A stretch of DNA of 64,000 nucleotides, taken from the NCBI GenBank assembly GCA_934777435.1, contig CAKVNK010000001.1:381827-445826 (forward strand), read 5' to 3'. How positions within the stretch are numbered: the stretch's first letter is position 1; each line of letters begins with the position of its first letter. The position numbers and the translations under genes were made by a program. The notes under the pieces were generated by a model. The model saw only the letters and a list, made by a program, of their open reading frames with translations. It had not been told where the DNA came from and did no database searches. The stretch comes from an uncultured Clostridia bacterium. Its GTDB lineage: Bacteria > Bacillota > Clostridia > Christensenellales > UBA1242. Shown in pieces: positions 9,882 to 18,312 of this stretch.

Positions 9882-10439
9882 CTAAGCTTCATATCCCCAG
9901 CGATCCCATCCATCAACAATTCTTCTTGCAAAAAGTTCAATTTTTGTCGTGTTTGCGCCAAATAATCGTTCAATCCTACGCATTATTTCATCTGGCTTTA
10001 CAGAATGTCCCAACCTAGGATGCATTAAAACTTGAGGGACGGTTTTATCTACGCTTTTTATATGACCTCTCATGGCTAAAAGGCATAATTCTGCATTTGC
10101 TTTGGTATAACTCCCCATTCCTGATAGTGGTTGTCCATCTTTTTTTGTTTTTATCCAAGTAAATGCACATGTTTTATACTTAAAGCCCCATGATTCAATC
10201 ACTTTAAAAACTTCTGGTAAACAGGGCATTGTTGTCCAAATAAAAAGGGCACAATTTTTATTTCTTAATTGTTTAATATGTTCACCCAACTGGCATATTT
10301 CTTCAGTTGACATTGTTTTATAATGCTTTTCAGGACAAAAATTACCACCTTTTTCTCCTTTCCCCCATAAATAAGCCCAAGGCGGATCTGCATATATAAT
10401 GTCATATTTATTGTTTGTATTTGTAATATCTATTTTCAT
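9882..10439 (-). CDS. MT-A70-family DNA N6-adenine methyltransferase (second MTase of the RM operon)
   Basis: 185 aa; IIYADPPWAY (DPPW catalytic motif) near the N-terminus; 7 nt after the REase gene. Confidence 0.75.
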   Translation of the reverse strand: MKIDITNTNNKYDIIYADPPWAYLWGKGEKGGNFCPEKHYKTMSTEEICQLGEHIKQLRNKNCALFIWTTMPCLPEVFKVIESWGFKYKTCAFTWIKTKKDGQPLSGMGSYTKANAELCLLAMRGHIKSVDKTVPQVLMHPRLGHSVKPDEIMRRIERLFGANTTKIELFARRIVDGWDRWGYEA

Positions 10440-10446
10440 ATTCTTC

Positions 10447-11580
10447 CTAGTTAAAATAAGTTTTATAATATTCTTTTACTTTTTCATATATTAATTCATC
10501 GAAGAACATTTTACCTGCTATTGTAGGTTTTAGTTGTCGTACTTTGTTAATATTGAAAACAATAAAATCATTTTCGAATTCGCAATCCTTTAAACGAATA
10601 AAAAACAAAGATGTAATTTTATAACCTGAAAGTTTTTGATTTCCTCCACGTTCTTTTCTTTCTCCGAGTAGGTTTTTATTAACTTTAACTATATTACCAT
10701 TAATTTGCGCATTATAATCTTGCAAAAACTTTTTTAATGCAATAGGAGTCCATACTTTATAATGATTCCTACCAGCAGAACGTATTTCTCCTTCGGTGTT
10801 AGCCCATATAAATGCTTGATTTGATGGCAACATCACTAACAGTCCATTTATATCTTCTGTACATATTACTGTTATAATTTTATTCACTCCAACGTTTGAA
10901 ACAGCCAATGAAATACTTTCTTTTGAAAAAGAATTTATATTATGACCTCTTATTTCAAAAAAATTAAGTTGTGATTGTTCTTCTAACATTTGTTTAAATT
11001 GAGGATTTTTAGACAACCATTTATCATCAATTTCAAGTAAACCATTTTCCCCGTATTTTGGTAAATCGGGCTCACCAGTTTTAGCCCCAGGCTCTTTAAA
11101 TTCAATAGTGTAAAATACTAGATCTCCAATAACAGTTACTAAAGCACTATCAACTCCATCGCATCCGCCAGCCTGAATCAGCATTCTGCTTTTGTCTGCT
11201 TTGGAATATACATATCTAGGAACCATCTTATAAGAATCTAAAAAATTTCTTACAGATTGTGGAATATATGTATTATCATCATAGCAATTAATAAAATTAT
11301 CAAGATTAAAAATGTTTGCAAGCGTTTGAGCATAGACGCATTCACTAAAAACTGCCGCTTGTATATTTTTCCCTGAATTATAACTTCTCATAATTTGATG
11401 TTCTAGTGCTGGACATATTCTTTTTAGCCAATCAAAATCTATTTCAGATATTCTTTTTGTAGCTTTATTCCATAGTATATCTCGTTCCTGTTTATTCAAT
11501 ACTACTTTTGTAGGCTTTTTTGAATAAAATTCCGACATGATTTCTTTTTGTTCTTTTGTTAATGGTATTCTATTGTTCAT
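10447..11580 (-). CDS. putative type II restriction endonuclease
   Basis: 377 aa, no MTase motifs; candidate PD-(D/E)xK core in VIGDLVFYTIEFKEP; sandwiched between two MTase genes with 15- and 7-nt spacers. Confidence 0.55.
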   Translation of the reverse strand: MNNRIPLTKEQKEIMSEFYSKKPTKVVLNKQERDILWNKATKRISEIDFDWLKRICPALEHQIMRSYNSGKNIQAAVFSECVYAQTLANIFNLDNFINCYDDNTYIPQSVRNFLDSYKMVPRYVYSKADKSRMLIQAGGCDGVDSALVTVIGDLVFYTIEFKEPGAKTGEPDLPKYGENGLLEIDDKWLSKNPQFKQMLEEQSQLNFFEIRGHNINSFSKESISLAVSNVGVNKIITVICTEDINGLLVMLPSNQAFIWANTEGEIRSAGRNHYKVWTPIALKKFLQDYNAQINGNIVKVNKNLLGERKERGGNQKLSGYKITSLFFIRLKDCEFENDFIVFNINKVRQLKPTIAGKMFFDELIYEKVKEYYKTYFN

Positions 11581-11595
11581 TTGTTTTTCTCCTTT

Positions 11596-13242
11596 TTATT
11601 CTTCAGAATTGTTTAGATTTCCGAAAAAACTATTTTTGTGTAATATATCAAAAGCTTGTGATCGTAAATAGTCAAAACCTAAAATTTTTAGCAGTCTATT
11701 GTTTATCTGATCTCTATATTTTGAGGGAAATTTTAAGTTTTCTTGGATTGATCCTGCATTTAATTTTGTAACTACACATTCCTTTTCGATTCTCATCATA
11801 TCTTCACTTATTGCTCTAAAGAATTCCTTATCTTCATTATTTAGCAAGTTTATAAAGATCGGTAAAGAATTAAGCAAACCTATTGGATAGGTTATTCCAC
11901 CATCAAACATTCTCCACCACCAGTAGGCAAAACTTGAGTTAATTAAACAATAGACAAATGAATACTCAATTTCATTTTCGAAACACAAATTGATAAAGCC
12001 AGTTCTTTTTAATTCATATGAAGATGCCGTTGTAAAATACCTACATGTGTTTGGGATAAATATTTTGTATTTTGATGATTTTGTTGAAACAATATTTTTT
12101 AAGCATTGATTTGATTTGTTCATCCAGGCATCTTTTATTAATTCTAAATCTTTTGGACATTTTATATATGCTTTATTATTTTTGTCCACAATTTGTTTTT
12201 TTGCAGATAATGTTGATTCAAGAATATTGCATTTTAGTATTTTATCTCTTTCTTCATTTTTAAATCTTATTAGAGGGCTTATATTAAACCCTTTGCCTTT
12301 GTTATCCACAACTGTTATTGCCGCTCTTACTGAATTACTAGTGTTTGTATTAAATATTCCGTGTTTTCTCCCACAAAATATATTACCTGGGACATTATCA
12401 AACGAAACTATGAAACCAGCATATTCATTCATAAGTAAACGAAGGGGATAAAACTTATTTCCTCCAATAAAACTATATGGAGTGATTATAACAGATTTAT
12501 CGCTTTCTAATAAAATTTTTTCCATAAAACTAGAATATAGTTCTTTAGTATACATTTGTATTTTTGATCTATCCCATTCGTAAGGAATGGATGAAATGCC
12601 AGCGTATGGGGGATTGGATATTACTTTTGAATCGGAAGGTAAGTGAACTTTCTTGTTTAGGAAGTCGCAGTGGATTGCATGAATGTTTTTTGAGTATTGC
12701 TTTCCATACCTCATCAAAATTGCTGTCTTACAAATTGTAAGTGCGGTTTCATCCAAGTCGTAAAGATAAATTTTGCTTTCACTTAACAATCTATGTGCTT
12801 CATCGGTTCCGATCAAGTCTAGATATGTTAGTATTAGTATACCAGTACCACATGCCACATCACACACATTATGAGCATCAAGATCTTTCAACCATCCAGC
12901 CATAATAAGAGCAACATCTTCTGGTGTGTAATATTGGCCATTATCTTTCTTTTGTTTTTTGTCTTGTATAGCCAATGCTATTTCATATAACTCGCCAAAA
13001 TTATTTACATTTAAGAACTCACTGACTTTATTCTCAATAACATAACCACATATATTATTCCATGTAGTCTGAATACCAAACTGTTCAATATCTTTAGTAT
13101 ATTTATTTATATCGTACGACCTAAATTTTTCTTTCCATGAATCAGGTATATTGGTATTTATTTCACCTAATTCTTCAATTTGATTATTTTCTGGCGAAGA
13201 CTCTAGATAATCAAATAAAGTAAATTGATTATAATTTTCCAT
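11596..13242 (-). CDS. gamma-class N6-adenine DNA methyltransferase (Eco57I/TaqI-like)
   Basis: 548 aa; GQYYTPEDVA, SAM motif VCDVACGTGILIL, catalytic VISNPPYAG, followed by a C-terminal target-recognition region. Confidence 0.8.
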   Translation of the reverse strand: MENYNQFTLFDYLESSPENNQIEELGEINTNIPDSWKEKFRSYDINKYTKDIEQFGIQTTWNNICGYVIENKVSEFLNVNNFGELYEIALAIQDKKQKKDNGQYYTPEDVALIMAGWLKDLDAHNVCDVACGTGILILTYLDLIGTDEAHRLLSESKIYLYDLDETALTICKTAILMRYGKQYSKNIHAIHCDFLNKKVHLPSDSKVISNPPYAGISSIPYEWDRSKIQMYTKELYSSFMEKILLESDKSVIITPYSFIGGNKFYPLRLLMNEYAGFIVSFDNVPGNIFCGRKHGIFNTNTSNSVRAAITVVDNKGKGFNISPLIRFKNEERDKILKCNILESTLSAKKQIVDKNNKAYIKCPKDLELIKDAWMNKSNQCLKNIVSTKSSKYKIFIPNTCRYFTTASSYELKRTGFINLCFENEIEYSFVYCLINSSFAYWWWRMFDGGITYPIGLLNSLPIFINLLNNEDKEFFRAISEDMMRIEKECVVTKLNAGSIQENLKFPSKYRDQINNRLLKILGFDYLRSQAFDILHKNSFFGNLNNSEE

Positions 13243-13454
13243 TATTCATCTCCACTAGGCAATACATCCATAATTTCTGATATATTACAATTCAACACTT
13301 GACAAATTCTCAAAAGAACATCCATGCTAACTTGCTGGTCTTTACTAAGTTTCGCGAGTGTAGCAGTCCCTAGATCTGCCTGTAATCTTAACTGTGTTTT
13401 TGTCATTTTTAAATCTATTAGTAGTTTCCATAATTTATTATAACTAATATTCAT
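13242..13454 (-). CDS. XRE-family HTH protein, likely RM controller (C) protein
   Basis: 70 aa; TKTQLRLQADLGTATLAKLSKDQQVSMDVLLRICQVLNCNISEI is a Cro/C1-type HTH; TAATG overlap with the downstream MTase. Confidence 0.65.
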   Translation of the reverse strand: MNISYNKLWKLLIDLKMTKTQLRLQADLGTATLAKLSKDQQVSMDVLLRICQVLNCNISEIMDVLPSGDE

Positions 13455-13614
13455 ATTTTACTCCCAACTAAGTTTTATCTATTATAAAATATTTTAAATT
13501 AAAATGCTAATAAATTATTCAACTTCGCAAATAAATTATGTATAAAAAATTCTCTTAAATGACTTGCAAAAGAAATATATTTACGGTAAAACACAAACAC
13601 GTTGGAGGTGGGTT

Positions 13615-13848
13615 ATGAAAAAGATAGTTGAACTTGTTAATATGAGTTTTAAAAACTCGCAAGAATATTTCAAGCAAAGTATTGAAATTCAACACATTAA
13701 GGCTGATTTAATTGAAACATTGTTAGCCGAGCAAAAACAAAAGTTTGAGCAGTTGTTGGCTAGCATTTATAAGCTTCACAGACTAGACAACGAAGAATAT
13801 ATCGTTCATACCTTCAATATTTGCAAGGATATATTTAAACTTAGGTAG
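13615..13848 (+). CDS. hypothetical protein (island)
   Basis: 77 aa from the ATG preceded by GGAGGTG; coiled-coil-like sequence. Confidence 0.4.
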   Translation: MKKIVELVNMSFKNSQEYFKQSIEIQHIKADLIETLLAEQKQKFEQLLASIYKLHRLDNEEYIVHTFNICKDIFKLR

Positions 13849-13898
13849 ACTTACCTCTTAGGATGCTTTGGCCTATCCATTTTATTTTAGGAGATTTT

Positions 13899-14273
13899 AT
13901 GAAAACTAGATTTGTTTGCAAGATGCCTGATGCGAGACTTGTGCGCAATGCTATCGATCGCAAAGAAGGACGAATGCGTGAATATATTGTTGAAAGAACG
14001 ATTTATCTTTCAAAGTAAAAGTTTATACACTTTAGAAGTCATTTGCTCGATGATATTGATGAACTCAATAATTACAAAAATGAAATGTTTATTGATAAAA
14101 ATGGTTGTTTTCATGTGTTGATGTTTGGCTCAATGATTGCTGATATTATGATCCTAGTTTACAGCGATGGCGAAGATTATGCCAAATATGTTTCTATAAT
14201 TTCTAATGGAGGTGAAAAAGTTGAACCACGTTTTACAACTAGTGAAAGATATCCTAAAAAACGAAAAAATTAG
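13899..14273 (+). pseudogene. hypothetical protein interrupted by an in-frame TAA
   Basis: AGGAG RBS then MKTRFVCKMPDARL...ERTIYLSK-TAA(14016-14018)-KFIHFRSHLLDDIDELNNYK... continuing in the same frame to 14273. Confidence 0.35.
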
Positions 14274-14463
14274 TGCAGAAGAACAACTGCAATTAAATAA
14301 AATATGCGAACTTGAAGATAAATTTGTAAAGGGTTTTTCAAAAGAAAAATGGCGAGAGTATTTTGACTTAGACGTAGAAAAAGGTCAACTTGTAAACCTA
14401 CAAATTGACCATATTGTTGAGATTACATATAGAGTTGTGAAAGAGTTAATACTGATTAAATAA
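14206..14463 (+). CDS. hypothetical protein (island)
   Basis: 85 aa ORF; start uncertain (ATG 14206 or TTG after GGAGGTG); its 3' end overlaps the convergent helicase gene by 8 nt. Confidence 0.3.
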   Translation: MEVKKLNHVLQLVKDILKNEKISAEEQLQLNKICELEDKFVKGFSKEKWREYFDLDVEKGQLVNLQIDHIVEITYRVVKELILIK

Positions 14464-17400
14464 TATCGATTAAATTTTCAATATATTTGTAGTCTATTTC
14501 ATTTTCGTCGTTTATCAAATATGGAACTTGTATTATTTTATCATCAACAGATACTTTAATTTTGTGATTGCCTCTTTGAAAAATATTGGCAACTATAACT
14601 TTTACACCTTGCACTGTGCCAAGTTTCCAATCAATGAAACGGCAATAACCATCATTGTCTTTTACAAAATAATCCCAATGTTTAAAATCGAAATAAAAGT
14701 TCTTAATTTTGAAGTCAAAAGCTTCATATTGCCCATTGTGATCAAGCTCTTCTAAATCATAACCAAGTGCTTTGTCTATAATATATTTTCCAACAACTTC
14801 TCCCAGTGCACCTTTGTAAACTTGTTTGTATAAGGACTCCGTCATAATGTATTTCCCACTCTTAAAATCGGTGGCATAACCGCTTTCTTCAAAATACTTC
14901 CTTAATTCTGGGATATTCATTAACCTAATTAATTCACTTTCTTCTGCAGAGACTTGATTTGTTTCATAAGAGTTATTAAAAGAAATTTTTGTAAACTCAT
15001 GCTTATTGTTTAGTTTAAATGCATAGCCAGAATATGGTGTATCAAACTCAAGATACAAATCCCTATACTTTTCTGGAACAAAATTTGCTGTTGGGTTTTT
15101 TAATACAAAATCACGCAGATCCTGCCATTCTACAACAGCCTGTTCTGATTCTCGAACAGCTTTTGACATTCTACAAATTGTGACGAATGCTTGTTTGTTC
15201 CTATTAGTATATTTTACCAACTCTAAATCATCACTTTTAACTGGTTGACTTAACAATTGATAAAATTCTTTGTTAAAAATAAATTCACCATTAATTAATT
15301 CTTCTTGTATTATGCTTAATCGATTTAGCACTTCTTGGTCGTAAAAGATATTTATTACTTTGTTTTTATTTTTACACCTACAAATTCTTCCAACAGCTTG
15401 TATGGTCAACTGTGCTGTGTGCAGTAGTATATCTTGATTTCGCTTATAAGAGGAGATTATTCTGTCCCCATAAAAGGTTTTTCTGAATCCTGCCTCAATA
15501 TTAGTCTTTCTTTCACTGTGATTTATATATTTTTTTTGATACAAATATTCTTGTTGAAAAAGATACTTACACAATTCATTTGCCTTATTTTCAGAGTCAT
15601 AAGATAAAATTTGTATCAAATTCGTTGGCGTGGAAAGATAAATAGCATCAAAGTCCTTTTGAGGTTTATTTTCTGGAAAAGACACTACATTGGATTTAAT
15701 ATTTTGAATCTCTGGGATATCATATTGAATATTTTTGCCATTTCCAATTGTTTTATAGGTGCTTAAAACAAATACTTTTTTGCCTTCCGCCAGTTCTTCA
15801 TCAATTTTGGCAAATTCTTCATCATATGTGCTACTTTTTACAATGTGCAAAATTGGAGGGGCGACATAATTATTTTGTGTAATTAAATCTTGTAGGCCTT
15901 TTTCTAAAATGTCCCTGTCTAAAAAGTGCTCGCTTTTTGCTTTCTCTTTAGTAGTTGGAAACGAATTTAAAAATGCTAAGAAAGAGAATATGTTTTTGCT
16001 TTCGGTCACTTCTTTAAAAAGTTTCAATAATTTGCAAATAATAAAGAAGTGATAATGGCTATTACTTTTTTCAAGATAATCTAAATATAATCTTTTATTT
16101 TCTTCATTAAATAATGAGTTGATTATTGTTATACATTTTTCTTTGTCTGAAAAAAAGTTAAAATCATCAATAGCAATGGTTTTTATTTTTATATCATTAT
16201 CTTCGTATATCTTTTGACTTTCTACAAATTGCTTTTCTAACCTGCGATGATCGCTGTCTGGAACGCAATAAAAGCTATCTCTTAATATTTTTTTAAGATA
16301 ATCAATATCATAATTTCCAATTACTGTATCAATAGATGCGGTAGCAGAAATTCCTACTACACGAGACTTTATACTCAACTTTGTTATTATATCCTCTGGA
16401 GTTGTATCAAATTTAAATGCGTGAGATTTGGTCTGCAAATCATGATTATGATCATCTTCAATTTCTGTGTATTCAAAGCCTTTACGCATAAATTCAAACT
16501 CAGTATCAATCGACAAATCTAGTTTTAAGTTAGCATCCTTGTCTATTATACGATCAAGCAAATATTGTTTAAATTCGTTAGCAATATTAAATGCTGATAA
16601 TATAGTTAATACAGATTCTTCGAACGAGTATTTTGTTTGATAGCCTTTCAATGACTGATTCTTATAGTCTGTATAGTTCTTAGATATATATGCGGCTTTA
16701 TTTACGAAATCATCGATAGCATATTTAACTTCTCTTAAGACATTGTCAAATCTTTTATTTTCTTGACCAACATAGCTTTTTGCCTCTGCATATAATGAAA
16801 TATTGTTTTCGTCTTTATCTAACTTAGTATGAAGAACTCTTTTTGAATTATCATTAAAAATATTTAATGTTTTTCCGTCATCAAATATAAAAGCTTTTTT
16901 CTCTTCAAATCCTTTACTCTTTGTGAAGAATTCAAAATTATAATCTTGATATACTTCTACAAAATGCTTCTCTAGTTGACTTTTCAAGGTTTTAATATCA
17001 TCCCATTCTTGATTTGCTATTTTTTCCTTTCTATAATCACTAAGCTTCATTAAAGAATTCGGGAACTTCAAATTTGTAAGAGAATAATAAATATTTAAAA
17101 ATAATGCAAATATATCTATATCAAATTTTAATCCATCGTCAATTATCTGAGAAAGGAGAGTCTCTTTTGTAGTATCAAACTCATCAATGAACGTCACAGT
17201 ATTGTTCATCATTGAGTTGTTGTTATAAATGTAAAACGGCATACGAGAAAATGTATCCATTGGACTAAAGAATTTTTTAGTGCTTGATAAAACAACTTTT
17301 ATGTTTTCATCTTTTAATTTGCAAGTTGGATAAAGTTCCGCTATCCACTTATTGTTGTTCAGAAACTTGTCTTTGTCATTTGTTGATTTATTGTATAAGT

Positions 17401-17893
17401 AGTTCTTTTTTATAAATTGTCTAAATTTAATTTCAGTGTCTTTTTCAATTTTTTGTTCATAAGATTTAATCAATTTTTTTGTCTGCTTGTATTCGTGATC
17501 GAAATTTTCAATTTTAAATTTTTCTTTATCTGCTCTAAATTTATAAAGAGTTTCAATATCCAAATTTAAATTTTTATATTCATCTGAATTAAGAATTTCA
17601 GAATTATTGATTTGAACATATTTCCACTTTTCAGTTACCGATTGCCAATATGGTTTTAGATACAAGCAATAATCATTGTAAGCGCTTCCAAACAATTCCT
17701 TAAGCTGTTTCTCAGGAAGATTGTTTTTAAGGTTAGTGACGAAATAAACACGTTTTGCAACAGGCAATTCATTATTAATAAAATCTTTTATGAAGTTGAT
17801 AACACTCGTTGTCTTACCAAACCCAGTTGGTAAATCTAAAAGCATCAAACCATTATCTTTACTTTCTACAAAATTTTCTATACTTTTAAGCAT
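14456..17893 (-). CDS. SF2 helicase fused to a C-terminal PD-(D/E)xK nuclease-like domain (single-gene defence candidate, Hna-like architecture)
   Basis: 1145 aa. Motif I is LLDLPTGFGKTT, motif II VTFIDEFD, motif III VVGISATAS, motif V STYKTIGNGKNIQ, motif VI QAVGRICR. The C-terminal GALGEVVGKYII...YEAFDFKI...FYFDFKHW fits E...D...DxK. Confidence 0.65.
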   Translation of the reverse strand: MLKSIENFVESKDNGLMLLDLPTGFGKTTSVINFIKDFINNELPVAKRVYFVTNLKNNLPEKQLKELFGSAYNDYCLYLKPYWQSVTEKWKYVQINNSEILNSDEYKNLNLDIETLYKFRADKEKFKIENFDHEYKQTKKLIKSYEQKIEKDTEIKFRQFIKKNYLYNKSTNDKDKFLNNNKWIAELYPTCKLKDENIKVVLSSTKKFFSPMDTFSRMPFYIYNNNSMMNNTVTFIDEFDTTKETLLSQIIDDGLKFDIDIFALFLNIYYSLTNLKFPNSLMKLSDYRKEKIANQEWDDIKTLKSQLEKHFVEVYQDYNFEFFTKSKGFEEKKAFIFDDGKTLNIFNDNSKRVLHTKLDKDENNISLYAEAKSYVGQENKRFDNVLREVKYAIDDFVNKAAYISKNYTDYKNQSLKGYQTKYSFEESVLTILSAFNIANEFKQYLLDRIIDKDANLKLDLSIDTEFEFMRKGFEYTEIEDDHNHDLQTKSHAFKFDTTPEDIITKLSIKSRVVGISATASIDTVIGNYDIDYLKKILRDSFYCVPDSDHRRLEKQFVESQKIYEDNDIKIKTIAIDDFNFFSDKEKCITIINSLFNEENKRLYLDYLEKSNSHYHFFIICKLLKLFKEVTESKNIFSFLAFLNSFPTTKEKAKSEHFLDRDILEKGLQDLITQNNYVAPPILHIVKSSTYDEEFAKIDEELAEGKKVFVLSTYKTIGNGKNIQYDIPEIQNIKSNVVSFPENKPQKDFDAIYLSTPTNLIQILSYDSENKANELCKYLFQQEYLYQKKYINHSERKTNIEAGFRKTFYGDRIISSYKRNQDILLHTAQLTIQAVGRICRCKNKNKVINIFYDQEVLNRLSIIQEELINGEFIFNKEFYQLLSQPVKSDDLELVKYTNRNKQAFVTICRMSKAVRESEQAVVEWQDLRDFVLKNPTANFVPEKYRDLYLEFDTPYSGYAFKLNNKHEFTKISFNNSYETNQVSAEESELIRLMNIPELRKYFEESGYATDFKSGKYIMTESLYKQVYKGALGEVVGKYIIDKALGYDLEELDHNGQYEAFDFKIKNFYFDFKHWDYFVKDNDGYCRFIDWKLGTVQGVKVIVANIFQRGNHKIKVSVDDKIIQVPYLINDENEIDYKYIENLIDII

Positions 17894-18168
17894 GCAATTT
17901 CTCCAAATACATTTACATTATAACATAAAAATTGTAAAATTGAATAATAGTAGCAAAGATTGTTTAAATTATCTAATTTTATAGAAATGCACCCAAAGTG
18001 CAAAATGAGTGAAATGTTCACCATTTGTGTACCGTGGGTTTGAAAGGAGTTGATTAAAAATTATAAAAGTTAGCCGTTTTGGTTAAAATACTGCACAATT
18101 TTGGCTAAAATTTTGATAAGAATTGCGATTTTTAATAAGAAATAGATTAAAATTATAATTTTCCATTG

Positions 18169-18212
18169 CTCCTAAGGCTTTGTTGTGGGTTCGATTCCCG
18201 CCGAGAACACCA
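18169..18212 (+). pseudogene. 3' half of the interrupted tRNA-Arg(CCU) gene (attR side)
   Basis: CTCCTAA-GGCTT-TGTT-GTGGG-TTCGATT-CCCGC-CGAGAAC-A-CCA; complements the 5' half at 3929-3967. Confidence 0.85.
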
Positions 18213-18250
18213 AATAAAAAAACGGCTGTTTTAGCCATTTTTTTTGTTTT
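18213..18250. terminator. weak bidirectional terminator after the tRNA 3' half and the M60-like gene
   Basis: GGCT-gtttt-AGCC short stem flanked by an A-run and a T-run. Confidence 0.35.
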
Positions 18251-18312
18251 ATAAAATGATAATTTAAAATTAAACAAATTAAAATCATTGAATTAAAAGA
18301 AGATTCTAATTT

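Noticed and set aside
6175-14018. Idea that TAA is reassigned to a sense codon in the island or its donor
   Set aside because: The integrase itself, the KwaA-like gene and most other island genes terminate at TAA at sensible positions. Reading through these stops meets another stop within a few codons. Nonsense mutation is the more economical explanation.
18083-18277. 64-aa minus-strand ORF at the island right end
   Set aside because: It overlaps the tRNA-Arg 3' half and the terminator, and has no RBS.
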